A program made the translations under genes and the position numbers. Below, one piece after another: positions 27,335 through 39,295 of a stretch of 64,000 nucleotides of DNA. The notes under the pieces are model-generated. The model saw nothing but the letters and a program-made list of their open reading frames with translations, had not been told where the DNA came from and ran no database searches. The stretch comes from Antedon mediterranea. Taxonomy: Eukaryota > Animalia > Echinodermata. Location: positions 2,604,001-2,668,000 of the forward strand of contig NC_092671.1 in the NCBI RefSeq assembly GCF_964355755.1, given 5' to 3'. The stretch's first letter is position 1. Every line of letters starts with the position of its first letter.

Positions 27335-28062
27335 TACATTTTGTTTATATAAGTTAAAATCTGTGTATAAATGTACAAGGCACTAGTTAAGTATAATTCT
27401 AACATTTTGTTCATATATTAGTTAAAATCTGTGTTTATATTGTATAAATGTAACAGGCACTAGTTAAGGTTCAGTATAATTCTAACATTTTGTTCATATT
27501 AGTTGAAATCTGTGTTTATATTGTATAAATGTAACAGGCACTAGTTAAGGTTTAGTACAATTCTAACATTTTGTTTATATTAGTTAAAATCTGTGTTTAT
27601 ATTGTATAAATGTAACAGGCACTAGTTAAGGTTTAGTATAATTCTAACATTTTGTTCATATTAGTTAAAATCTGTGTTTATATTGTATAAATGTACCAGG
27701 CACTAGTTAAGGTTTAATATAATTCTAACATTTTGTTTATATTAGTTAAAATCTGTTTTTATATTGTATAAATGTAACAGGCACTAGTTAAGGTTTAGTA
27801 TAATTCTAACATTTTGTTTATATTAGTTAAAATCTGTGTTTATATTGTATAAATGTACCAGGCACTAGTTAAGGTTTAGTATAATTCTAACATTTTGTTC
27901 ATATTAGTTAAAATCTGTGTTTATATTGTATAAATGTACCAGGCACTAGTTAAGGTTTAGTACAATTCTAACATTTTGTTCATATTAGTTAAAATCTGTG
28001 TTTATATTGTATAAATGTACCAGGCACTAGTTAAGGTTAATTCTTACATTTTGTCTTTATAC
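27335..28062. repeat. 81-bp minisatellite, ~9 copies
   Basis: TCTAACATTTTG recurs at 27481, 27562, 27643, 27724, 27805, 27886 and 27967. Confidence 0.95.
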
Positions 28063-28176
28063 ATGGCCTGCTAGTTTTCTTGTTTATAAATAAAGCTTAT
28101 TATTATTGTTGTGTTAAGCTATGTCATTTTTATTGTTAAAATTTGTCTCTAGCTAAGCAACAGTGTTTTCTTCTTA

Positions 28177-28620
28177 GGGCCTGTTTCTGCTGCAACTAAA
28201 AATACGGTATAAAATACCGTATTTTTTAGTACCCTGTTTCTGCTAACAATACTTCTTGGGTGTTCGTGTTAAATTTCATCGTCCTTTTTACCCAAATTGC
28301 CATTCATTTATTTGGTCGATGATTAAAAGTTGCAATAAAGCCTTAAAAGAACTTTTAAGTCTCAGCCTAGCCCTAGTGATAGAGATGTTGTGAGAGCACA
28401 GAAAACATCGTAATGGGGATAAGTAATTCGTTCCCTCCCCGAGTTATTGTCTTTTGCAATGTTGTACTGCTTTCGCAGGCTCTTCAGCTTTGAATTTACT
28501 GTCTTTGGAGACAAGTCTATTCCATACTCCTGCTTTATTTTTGTAAAAATATCTTTATAAATGTGGTTTTCCCTTTTATTACCTTTTAGTTGGCCGGACA
28601 TTTTGCAGTTCTACCATTTC
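28177..28620 (-). mobile_element. PIF/Harbinger relic with Myb/SANT (trihelix-like) ORF fragment
   Basis: TTA-GGGCCTGTTTC terminus at 28177. ORF 28362-28601 (RENHIYKDI..G.....VNSKLKSLRKQYNIAKDNNSGRERITYPHYD) fits the Harbinger Myb/SANT pattern. The other end was not found. Confidence 0.7.
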
Positions 28621-29624
28621 TAAAGGTCTTCTTTATAAAAATAGCATACATAATGGGCTTAAATTTTACAACCTAGAGATGAGATGAACATTGGAACTGT
28701 TCTAGATTTTTAATTTGTTTTTAACATGTGCAGACATTTGAATATTACATTTTTGGAAAAAAAAAATTACATATACCGGTAAATACAAAACAATACAAAT
28801 TTAAAAATGGCAAGGATTGTTAGCAGCAAACTAAATCACGTCAGTACAAATGAACAAATACTAATGAGAAAAAAAAGGGAATTTTAGGTATGAAAATAGT
28901 TCTGCCCTAAAAAGGAGAGGTCTCTAAAATCTGATGGAAGACCATTCAATAGTTTACAAAATCTAGGAAAGAATGAGGATTGATAACAGACTGTCCGAGC
29001 AAAGCGACATTGGGACATGCAGTAAACTCACGCAATTCTTTGACAGACTTTTAGTGTTTTATAGGTTCAGACAATGACCGCAATATATATTAGTTTAAGT
29101 TCTAGGTTTTTGCAAATTGAAATCTCCATAGTCAGAATATAATTTATATCAAAATTGTCACTACATAAATTAATTGTCAAAATTAGAGAGACAGTTATTT
29201 ACATATAAACATCAAACTACATGATCGATAAGCCGCCATGTTTGAGGTGATCTTTTTTACCCGTGACCAACGCCTTGAGACACACAATTATTACAATTAG
29301 TAATAAAGATTTCTAAATGTCTACATTAGATGTACAGTATATCATATTTCATTTTATACGTTCGCTGTAAACTGAGATCCTGACGCGCACGGGCACCCTC
29401 ATATCAGCGCCATTTTATAGTATCCATATCATAGATCACAACATCAAATCAAAATATTATTAGCATCAATTAAGTCTGTCAATTAAACCATAAGTTAGTG
29501 AGCTAAGATAAAGACATTATCAAAATACTGACACATTGCTGGCATGAGAAGAACATACTACAGTGTTAGAAGAGTGTTGAGGAAGAATAAATAATAAAAT
29601 AAATTCAATAACTGTATTGTTCAA

Positions 29625-30509
29625 ATGGAAAACTGTACTGGTATTGCCGATTGGTATGCAAGAGTGTTTAAAGAAGATGATCGTGTCAAAAATGTAAGAT
29701 TTGCATTGTACGGTGTATGTCCAATTTGTTTCATTGGAAACCTACTTGTAATTATTTTATATGCAACCAATGAAAGATTGCGCAAAATACAGAATCTCTT
29801 CATCGGCTTATTAGCAATTGTTGATGCAACATCAAGCTTAGTTCTGTTACTATCATCACAACCGCTTAAAGAAAATTCTTCTCGATTTTTTTTGCTAGCT
29901 ACAAATAGTCTGTTAATGTCTTCAGCATTGACAATTGCCGCAATAGCTGTTGATCGTTCCATCGCTCTGGTATGGGCACCTCTACGATACCACGTTATTG
30001 TAACTCTAAAGCGTTACATTTTTGTAGCTTGTACAATTGCTGGGCTACCATTTATCTACATGCTGACTATACATCAAGTGGATAAAGACCAGGTCTTCTT
30101 TTCCTTTTCTTTAATTATTTTGTTTACATTGTTAGCAACTATTTTACTGTACATCAATATCTACATAAAACTAAAAAACAATCGTACTACTGTAAACTTA
30201 AGCACCAATGATATTGAAGAGTTTAAAAAATTGTTTAAAACATTTACTATTATTATTTCAGTGTATGTGCTCACATGGGGACCAAACATGTGTATAATTT
30301 TTGTTTATTTCTCTGAAATTTTTATGGACTGCTCAGATATTCCAGAAGTTATGCAACTTGTTTTGCCAATGACGTATGTCATTTTAATTGTAAATGCATT
30401 TATAAATCCGATTGTTTATTGGTTTAACCTTACTGAATTTCGAAGATCTATGAAAGAGTTTCTTTGTAAAAGAATGAATTTACGAAAAACAAGAATAGAA
30501 GTTTTATAA
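29625..30509 (+). CDS. Intronless class A GPCR, subfamily A (A2), 294 aa
   Basis: Same 7TM motifs; intact ORF. Confidence 0.93.
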   Translation: MENCTGIADWYARVFKEDDRVKNVRFALYGVCPICFIGNLLVIILYATNERLRKIQNLFIGLLAIVDATSSLVLLLSSQPLKENSSRFFLLATNSLLMSSALTIAAIAVDRSIALVWAPLRYHVIVTLKRYIFVACTIAGLPFIYMLTIHQVDKDQVFFSFSLIILFTLLATILLYINIYIKLKNNRTTVNLSTNDIEEFKKLFKTFTIIISVYVLTWGPNMCIIFVYFSEIFMDCSDIPEVMQLVLPMTYVILIVNAFINPIVYWFNLTEFRRSMKEFLCKRMNLRKTRIEVL

Positions 30510-30540
30510 AGTAAAATGTAGGCAAGCTCCTCCAAATTTT

Positions 30541-30670
30541 TATTGTAAATGCATTTATAAATCCGATTGTTTTAACCTTACTGAATTTCGAAGATATATG
30601 AAAGAGTTACTTTGTAAAAGAATAAATTTAAGAAAAAACAAAATAGACGTTTTATAAAAGTAAAATGTAT
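30541..30670 (+). pseudogene. Tandem duplicate of the A2 3' end (TM7 and C-tail)
   Basis: ATTGTAAATGCATTTATAAATCCGATTG...ATAGACGTTTTATAAAAGTAAAATGTA repeats 30386-30520 with a small deletion. Confidence 0.85.
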
Positions 30671-31098
30671 GATCATTCCAGAACAAAATATTTGATTGGC
30701 TAGTTGTTAGGTCATCTATTTAACAGCTAATTACTGGGCCTAAGCAAACCCAACCCTAACTCTTGCTCCCTAGTTTAACAGCGCATGTGCATCTACTTGT
30801 TATATTTGTTATGAGAGGTGCAAGATCAACAGTTCCAATAGTATTTTAATTATTGTTATTATAGTCTTGTGTTACCAAACTTTAATTTTAGCTTGATAAT
30901 GTAAAATATATTAAAATTATCTGACCAACTGCAAAACTACACTTTAATATGATAATCAATATATTCATTATAAATACTGTCCACCAGCCATCCAACCTAT
31001 AGTATTTAATGTGGACTCTTAGTGTAAAACTATCTTGTCTGTAATCGAGCAACTGTTTCTATTATTAAATTTTATCTTCATAATACATTTGAAAAAAT

Positions 31099-31986
31099 AT
31101 GGATTACAATTGCAGTAAATTGACTGACTGGATCAGTGATGTCACAGAATCAGATTTAATGACGGGAGGAATAGTTCTATTTATTCTAAGTTCATTATCT
31201 TTTCTTGCAAACTTACTTGTGATTGTTTTATTTGCAACAAGTAAAAGACTAAAACAGAAAAAGAACATTTTCATTGGTTTTTTAGCGATTATTGATATAT
31301 CAGCAAGCATATTGGCAATACCTGGATGTCTAGTTTTCTATTATGATGAAAATATTATTATTATATTAATATCGCACGGAAGTGAAGGACTTTTCATATC
31401 ATCTTTATCAACTATTACCGCTATAGCAGTTGATAGATCAATAGCTCTTGTGTGGGCGCCGCTTCGATACCACTCTCTAGTCACAACTCAACGATGCATA
31501 GTTGCTTGTGTTTTGATTGCAGTTCTACCATTTTTATACATAGTGTGTTTGAACTTCTTTGCATATAACCAATCTTTTTTACTATTTTCTTTTACAACGT
31601 TTCTAATAATGATTTGTACAATATTTATGTACATCGATATCTACAAGAAGCTTCGCCAAAATCGTTCAAACGTACACACATCTAGAAATGAAATTGAAGA
31701 ATTTAACAAATTGTTCAAAACTTTCATCACCATTATTGCAATTTTTGTCTTTACATGGGGACCTAATATATGTATTATTCTGATATATTTTTCATCACTA
31801 TTTTATCACTGCTCTGAAGTTCCAAAAGTGATACAGTTAATTCTGCCAATTACATATATATTTGTTGTTTTAAATTCTTTTGTAAATCCAATTGTTTACT
31901 GGTTTCATCTCACAGACTTTAAACAATCTGTAAGAGATTTGTACAAGAAATGTTATCAGCGAAAATCAAGAATTGAGGTTTTGTAA
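31099..31986 (+). CDS. Intronless class A GPCR, subfamily B (B1), 295 aa
   Basis: 7TM; DRSIALVWAPLRYH, TWGP, NPIVY. Confidence 0.93.
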   Translation: MDYNCSKLTDWISDVTESDLMTGGIVLFILSSLSFLANLLVIVLFATSKRLKQKKNIFIGFLAIIDISASILAIPGCLVFYYDENIIIILISHGSEGLFISSLSTITAIAVDRSIALVWAPLRYHSLVTTQRCIVACVLIAVLPFLYIVCLNFFAYNQSFLLFSFTTFLIMICTIFMYIDIYKKLRQNRSNVHTSRNEIEEFNKLFKTFITIIAIFVFTWGPNICIILIYFSSLFYHCSEVPKVIQLILPITYIFVVLNSFVNPIVYWFHLTDFKQSVRDLYKKCYQRKSRIEVL

Positions 31987-32668
31987 AATTAATTTTTAAG
32001 AATGTTCATAGTATAAGTTTTGCTTTGTAGTTAAAAAATTCTTCAAGGCATTTCTTTCAATGCAACTTTTTAAATAATATTAATATAGCAATGTGGATTT
32101 TTATAAGAAAATCAAAATAGTAAAAACATATATTATATCAATTTTGTTATTTTACAAAAATGAAAATTAATATTAGTCTATTTGCCTATTACACTTGATG
32201 ATACCTCAACTCTGATTGGTCAATATAAGAAGCAACCAAGCAGGTACTTCTATGGTGTTTTTGATTGTCTTTGTGTTTGTTTGTATTTTGAAATTAAAAT
32301 TGTAAACTGTATGTGCAAGAAATGCTTGTGAAAATAACAGTTTTATAATATATATTTATGCTATTTGGTTAAATCCCTTTCTGGTGATCCAGATTTAATG
32401 AAACGAAAAATGTGTAAACATACAGTATGCTACTTCATATTACCTGCTACAAAACAAACATGACAAATATAATTAATGGCAAGATCAAAGCAAGACATTA
32501 TTAAGCATATCAATAAACTTGATATCTGTCAATCAAACTAAACCTTAAGTTAATAAGTTAAATTAAGAAAGATATTAAAGCAATTTACATATTGTTGGCT
32601 ACAGAAGAAAGACAAAGAGTTTTGAAGAAGGAAAACGTATACAGAGAACAGATAGTGAATCAAATAAA

Positions 32669-33532
32669 ATGGAAAATTGTACTGGTATTGCTAATTCCTA
32701 TACTGGTGCTGATAAAGATGACATCAATAAAGGACAAATACTGCTGTACATTGTTTGTTCATTTTGTTTCCTTGGAAACCTACTTGTAATTATTTTATAC
32801 ACAACTAATGAAAAACTACGAAAGATACAGAATCTATTCATAGGACTACTAGCACTTATTGATGCAACATCAAGTTTGGTTATGGTGCCAGGATCACTTA
32901 ATCTGAATGGTGATGATTCTCTAATTGTTTTTATAACTGCTTGTGCTACTAACAGCCTGCTAATATCTTCTGCATTGACAATTGCCGCAATAGCTGTTGA
33001 TCGTTCCATTGCTCTGGTATGGGCACCTCTACGATACCACGTTATTGTGACTTTAAAGCGTTACATTTTTGTAGCATTTACAATTGCAGTACTACCGTTT
33101 ATCTACATGCTGGCTATATACCTTTTCGATAGAGACCGTGTCTTTATTTCCTATTTTTCAGTTATCCTTTTTTCAATGTTAGCAACTATTTTCCTGTACA
33201 TCAATATCTACATAAAACTAAAGAATAATCGTACTACTGTAAACTTAAGCACCAATGATATTGAAGAGTTTAAAAAATTGTTTAAAACATTTACCATTAT
33301 TATTTCAGTGTATGTAATCACATGGGGACCAAACATGTGTGTTATTTTTGTTTATTTCTCTGGACTTTTTATGGACTGCTCAGATATTCCAGAAGTTGTA
33401 CTGCTTGTATTGCCATCAACATATATAATTTTAATTCTAAATGCATTTATAAATCCAATTGTTTATTGGTTTCATCTCACTGAATTTCAAAAATCTATGA
33501 AAGAGTTATTTTGCAGAAGAATTAATCCATAA
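32669..33532 (+). CDS. Intronless class A GPCR, subfamily A (A3), 287 aa, C-tail shortened
   Basis: Intact 7TM; ends RRINP* where a paralog continues RRINPRRTRIDIL. Confidence 0.9.
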   Translation: MENCTGIANSYTGADKDDINKGQILLYIVCSFCFLGNLLVIILYTTNEKLRKIQNLFIGLLALIDATSSLVMVPGSLNLNGDDSLIVFITACATNSLLISSALTIAAIAVDRSIALVWAPLRYHVIVTLKRYIFVAFTIAVLPFIYMLAIYLFDRDRVFISYFSVILFSMLATIFLYINIYIKLKNNRTTVNLSTNDIEEFKKLFKTFTIIISVYVITWGPNMCVIFVYFSGLFMDCSDIPEVVLLVLPSTYIILILNAFINPIVYWFHLTEFQKSMKELFCRRINP

Positions 33533-33542
33533 GAGTTTTTTT

Positions 33543-33625
33543 GAGCATGTGCAGATGTTTGTTTGAGCATGTGCAGAGGTTTATGAGCATGTGCAGAGGT
33601 TTATGAGTCTGTGTAGAGGTTTGAG
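33543..33625. repeat. 20-bp GAGCATGTGCAGAGGTTTGT repeat, ~4 copies
   Basis: Same unit as the array at 37765-38005. Confidence 0.85.
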
Positions 33626-34073
33626 TTATTTTGCTGGGCCTAAGCAAACCCAACCCAATAACAGCGCATGTGCACCAAATGAAATGAAATGAGGTTCTAG
33701 ATGACAGAGCAAGGTTGACACTTACAACTATGTACTAAACGCCAATATCCTATATATTTAAATTATTGTTTATAGTCTTGGTTTACCCAACTTAATTACA
33801 ATCTTTATTGACACTTTATTTAGATAGCTTAATTATTTAAAATTTATTAAAACAATCTGCCCAACTGAAAACCTACGATAATATAAAAATCAATATGTTC
33901 ATTTATAAATAAGTGTCTACAAGCAACTGACACTTAGTATTTAATGTGGACGCTTAGTGTCCGCATGTCAAGCTATTCCATTTTTCTAAAAATTTGTAAA
34001 TTTCAGTTACTATCTCTAATCAAGCAACTATTTTTTGGGTTAAATTTTATCTTCATAATAAATTTGTGAAAAT

Positions 34074-34961
34074 ATGGATTATAATTGCAGTAAATTGACT
34101 GACTGGATTACTGATGTCACAGAATCAGATTTAATGATGGCAGAAATAGTTCTATTTATTCTAAGTTCATTATCTTTTCTTGCAAACTTACTTGTGATTG
34201 TTTTATTTGCAACAAATAAAAGACTACAAAAGAAAAAGAACATTTTCATTGGTTTTTTAGCGATTATTGATATATCAGCAAGCATATTGGCAATACCTGG
34301 ATGTCAAGTTTTCATTTATGATGAAAATATTATTATCATTTTAATATCGTACGGAAGTGAAGGACTTTTAATGTCATCTTTATCAACTATTGCTGCCATA
34401 GCAGTTGATAGATCAATAGCTCTTGTGTGGGCGCCGCTTCGATACCACTTTCTAGTCACAACCCAACGATACATAGTTGCTTGTGTTTTAATTGCAGTTC
34501 TACCATTTTTGTACATAGTGTGTTTGAACTTCTTTGCATATAACCAATCTGTTTTATTAGTTTCTTTTACAACATTTCTAATAATGATTTGTACAATATT
34601 TATGTACATCAACATCTACAAGAAGCTCCGTCAAAATCGTTCAAACGTACACACAACTAGTAATGAAATTGAAGACTTTAACAAATTGTTCAAAACTTTC
34701 ATCACCATTATTGCAATTTTTGTCTTTACATGGGGACCTAATATATGTATTATTCTGATATATTTTTCATCATTATTTTATCACTGCTCTGAAGTTCCAA
34801 AAGTGATACAGTTAATTCTGCCAATTACATATATATTTGTTATTTTAAATTCTTTTGTAAATCCAATTGTTTACTGGTTTCATCTCACAGACTTTAAACA
34901 ATCTGTAAGAGATTTGTACAAGAATTGTTATCAGCGAAAATCAAGAATTGAGGTTTTGTAA
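34074..34961 (+). CDS. Intronless class A GPCR, subfamily B (B2), 295 aa
   Basis: Close, colinear duplicate of B1. Confidence 0.93.
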   Translation: MDYNCSKLTDWITDVTESDLMMAEIVLFILSSLSFLANLLVIVLFATNKRLQKKKNIFIGFLAIIDISASILAIPGCQVFIYDENIIIILISYGSEGLLMSSLSTIAAIAVDRSIALVWAPLRYHFLVTTQRYIVACVLIAVLPFLYIVCLNFFAYNQSVLLVSFTTFLIMICTIFMYINIYKKLRQNRSNVHTTSNEIEDFNKLFKTFITIIAIFVFTWGPNICIILIYFSSLFYHCSEVPKVIQLILPITYIFVILNSFVNPIVYWFHLTDFKQSVRDLYKNCYQRKSRIEVL

Positions 34962-35142
34962 AATGATGTTTAAAGAATGTTCATACACACAGCAGATGCA
35001 GGAGATGCAAGTGCAGCTGTTTGTGAGCATGTGCAGAGGTTTGCATAGTACAATAAACACAATTAAATCGATATAATATAAATAATAATATAAAACAAAC
35101 TCGGAAACAAGCCATTATGGCTCTATTTTTCAACTATATTTC

Positions 35143-36314
35143 TTCATTACTAAAGATAACAAATAAAGTTCATTTCTGAAAATGTACAAAGTTTATTTCT
35201 GAAGATGAACAAATAAAGTTTATTTCTGAAGATGAACAAAATAAAGTTCATTTCTGAAGATAACAAATAAAGTTCATTTCTGAAGATAACAAATAAAGTT
35301 CATTTCTGAAGATAACAAATAAAGTTCATTTCTGAAGATGAACAAATAAAGTTCATTTCTGAAGATGAACAAATAAAGTTTATTTCTGAAGATGAACAAA
35401 ATAAAGTTCATTTCTTAAGTTGAACAAATAAAGTTCATTTCTGAAGATGAACAAATAAAGTTCATTTCTGAAGATAACAAATAAAGTTCATTTCTTAAGA
35501 TAACAAATAAAGTTCATTTCTGAAGATAACAAATAAAGTTCATTTCTGAAGATGAACAAAATAAAGTTCATTTCTGAAGATGAATAAATAAAGTTAATTT
35601 CTGAATGATGAACAAATAAAGTTCATTTCTGAAGATGAACAAATAAAGTTCATTTCTGAAGATAAACAAATAAAGTTCATTTCTGAAGATAACAAATAAA
35701 GTTCATTTCTGAAGATGAACAAATAAAGTTTATTTCTGAAGATGAACAAATAAAGTTTATTTCTGAAGATGAACAAAATAAAGTTCATTTCTTAAGTTGA
35801 ACAAATAAAGTTCATTTCTGAAGATGAACAAATAAAGTTCATTTCTTAAGATGAACAAAAAAAGTTCATTTCTGAAGATAACAAATAAAGTTCATTTCTG
35901 AAGATGAACAAAATAAAGTTCATTTCTGAAGATGAACAAATAAAGTTCATTTCTGAAAATAACAAATAAAGTTCATTTCTTAAGATGAACAAATAAAGTT
36001 CATTTCTGAAGAAAACAAATAAAGTTCATTTCTGAAGATGAACAAAATAAAGTTCATTTCTGAAGATGAATAAATAAAGTTAATTTCTGAAGGATAAACA
36101 AATAAAGTTCATTTCTGAAGATAAACAAATAAAGTTCATTTCTGAAGATGAACAAATAAAGTTCATTTCTGAAGATGAACAAATAAAGTTCATTTCTGAA
36201 GATGAACAAATAAAAGTTCATTTCTGAAGATTAACAAAATAAAGTTCATTTCTGAGGATGAAATTTCTGAAGATAAACAAAATAAAGTGAATTTCTGAAG
36301 ATGAACAAATAAAG
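35143..36314. repeat. 26-28-bp minisatellite, roughly 43 copies
   Basis: Unit CTGAAGATGAACAAATAAAGTTCATTT with single-base indel variants. Confidence 0.95.
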
Positions 36315-36808
36315 CTTAAAATATACTAGAATCAAACACCTCAGCTTGCCCCACCTTTGTTTGTTTCATATATCAAACTTGTTAGTAGTTAAATTGATGT
36401 CAAAGTTTAAAACAAAGAAACCTTCAAGTTGTTTTAAGATGAAAGGCTTTTCACTGTTTCTTTGTAATTATATTTCACTGTAGATTTTTATATCAATCAA
36501 AATTGTACAAATGTGTATTTTAGTATCAAACAATGTTGTTATTGTATGAAAATGACAATAAATTAGCTTTTAAAATGATGTACTGGAATATTAAACTCTG
36601 TAGATCATATTTCATAGTACAGTATCCATGTCACAAGACAAGATCAAAGTAAGACATTATTAGCAACAATCAACCTGATGTCAATCAAACTAAATCCGAA
36701 GTTAGTAAGCTAAATTATGAAGGATATTAAAGCATTTTACACATTGCTGGTAACAGAACAATGTACAAGCTAGCAGAACATAAATACTAAATAAGCAAAG
36801 ATATTCAA

Positions 36809-37504
36809 ATGGAAAATTGTACTGGTCAAGTTTAATTTTTAATGCCTGGTTCACTGCCTCTTGGTGATAATAATTCTCCTCATTTTATTAACTACTTATA
36901 CTGCTAACAGTCCGTTAATGTCTTCTGCATTGACAATTGCAGCAATAGCTGTTGATCGTTCCATTGCTCTGGTATGGGCACCTTTACGATACCACGTATT
37001 GTAACTCTTAAGCGTTACATTTTTGTAGCATTTACAATTGCAGTGTTACCATTTATCTGCCTAATGACTGTAATTCATATTGATAGAAACATCTTCTTTA
37101 TAACTTTTTCTTAAGTTATCCTTTTATCAATGTTAATTACTATTTTTGTGTACATCAATATCTACATAAAACTCAGAAACAATCGTACACACTTCACTGC
37201 CAACAATATTAAGGAATTTAAAAAATTGTTTAAAACATTTGCTATTATTATCTCAATGTATGTGCTCACATGGGGACCAAACATGTGTGTTATTTTTGTT
37301 TATTTTTCTGGACTTTTTACAGATTGTTCAGATATTCCAGAAGTATTACTGTTTGTATTGCAATCAACGTATATAATTTTAGTAGTAAATTCATTTATAA
37401 ATCCAATTGTTTATTGGTTTCATTTCACTGAATTTCGAAGATCTATGAAAGAATTATTTTGCAGAATAATGAAACTAAGAAGCACAAGAATAGACGTTCA
37501 ATAA
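36809..37504 (+). pseudogene. GPCR subfamily A pseudogene (TM1-TM2 deleted, frameshifts)
   Basis: ATGGAAAATTGTACTGG is joined directly to TCAAGTTT (end of TM2). There is a 1-nt loss at CACGTATTGT (~36995). The 3' ORF 37130-37504 covers TM5-TM7. Confidence 0.88.
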
Positions 37505-37589
37505 AGTATAATTGATTTTTAACATGCAAAGTCTGAACAAACTATTAATAATAATTTGATCATGATAATAATTATCATGATTATTGCAA

Positions 37590-37765
37590 TATTTTTCCTA
37601 CTCTGAAGTGACAGTTATTTCTGTCAAATATATTTGCTATTTTAAATTGTTTTGTAAATCCAATTGTTATAATGCTTTCATCTCACAAACTTTGAGAGAC
37701 ATCTGTACAAGCATTTAAGTCTTGTAAGATGTTCATACACACATCAGATGTGAGACACAGCACTG
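37590..37765 (+). pseudogene. Decayed 3' remnant of a subfamily B GPCR
   Basis: TTTTGTAAATCCAATTGTT..TTTCATCTCACA..TGTACAAG..ATGTTCATACACACA matches the B2 TM7 and 3' flank (34785-35000). Confidence 0.7.
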
Positions 37766-38005
37766 TGAGCATGTGCAGAGGTTTGTTAGCATGTGCAGAA
37801 GTTTGTGAGCATGTTGAGAGGTTCGTAAACATATGCAGAGGATTGCGAACAAGTTCAGAGATTTGTGAGCATGTGCAGAGGTTTGTGATCATGTGCAGAT
37901 GTTTGTGAGCATGTGCAGAGGTTCGTGATGTTGGGCAGAAGTTTGCAAGCATGTGCAGAGGTTCGTGATGTTGGGCAGAAGTTTGTAAGCATGTGCAGAG
38001 GTTTG
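37765..38005. repeat. 20-bp minisatellite, ~12 copies
   Basis: (GAGCATGTGCAGAGGTTTGT)n. Confidence 0.92.
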
Positions 38006-38418
38006 TTACTATTGCTTTAAATCTTTCAAAATGTTTAAAAAGATTAGATAACTTTTACTAAGTTGTCTTCAAGCACAAGTTATCGTGAGAATAGGGATTT
38101 TGAAGAAAAAAAATTAGTTATCATAATTAAGCCCTTTACTATGTAAATATATCATATTTCGTTGTACATTTATTTATGTCACACACCAATAACATGTTAT
38201 GTCAATATAATTAATGGCAAGATATTAAAATACATTACTATTGAGCTTATCAATCAACATGATTGCCTGTCATTCAACCTAAAAATCAAGTTTGTGAGCT
38301 AGATTAGGAATGATATTAAAGCACTTTAAACATTGAAGACACTACAACTATACAGTAGAGGAGCTTTACATATTGAAGAACATACTAAGTTGTGGAAGGG
38401 ACAGTTGATCAATCCCAA

Positions 38419-39295
38419 ATGGAAAACTGTACTGGTATTGCAGATTGGTATAGCAACGTTTTAGATAAAGATCCTGTAAATAAGGCAAGATTTCCATTAT
38501 ATTGTATATGTCCTTTTTGTTTCATTGGAAACCTACTTGTAATTATTTTGTACGCAACTAATGAAAGATTACGTAAAATACAGAATCTCTTCATTGGCCT
38601 ACTAGCGATTTTTGACGCAACATCAAGTTTACTTATAATACCTGGATCACTGGCTCTTAATAACAATCCTTCTCGTATTGTATTGTTAACTGGTTATACT
38701 ACAAACAGCTTGTTAATGTCTTCAGCACTGACAATTGCCGCAATAGCTGTTGATCGTTCCATTGCTCTGGTGTGGGCACCTCTCAGATACCACGTTATTG
38801 TAACTCTAAAGCGTTACATTTTTGTAGCCTTTACAATTTTAGTGCTACCATTCATCTATATGATGTCTTTTGGACAAAAACCTTGTGTTTTTCTTCTTTT
38901 CATCAGTTATCTTTCTTATACTGTTAGCAACTATTTTCCTGTACATCAATATCTACATCAAACTGCAAAACAATCGTACTACTACAAACTTAACAGCCAA
39001 TGATATTGAAGAGTTTAAAAAATTGTTTAAGACATTTGCTACCATTATTTCAGTGTATGTGCTCACATGGGGACCAAATGTATGTATTATCTTTATTTAC
39101 TTCTCTGACATTTTTATGGACTGCTCAGATATTCCAGAAATTATGCAACTTGTTTTGCCAATAACGTATATCATTTTAATTGTAAATGCATTTATAAATC
39201 CGATTGTTTATTGGTTTCACCTTAGTGAATTTAGAAAATCTATGAAAGAGTTACTTTTTAAAAGAATGAATCAACTAAGAATAAATGTTTTGTGA
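38419..39295 (+). pseudogene. GPCR subfamily A with a single frameshift after TM4
   Basis: MENCTG start at 38419. An ~8-nt deletion near 38868 relative to A2 joins ORFs 38392-39003 and 38870-39295; both halves are otherwise open. Confidence 0.88.

Noticed and set aside
28468-28490. Minus-strand CTGAAGA-GCCTGC-GAAA hammerhead-like core
   Set aside because: Stem II is not viable, stems I and III are absent, and it lies in the Myb/SANT coding fragment (LKSLRK).
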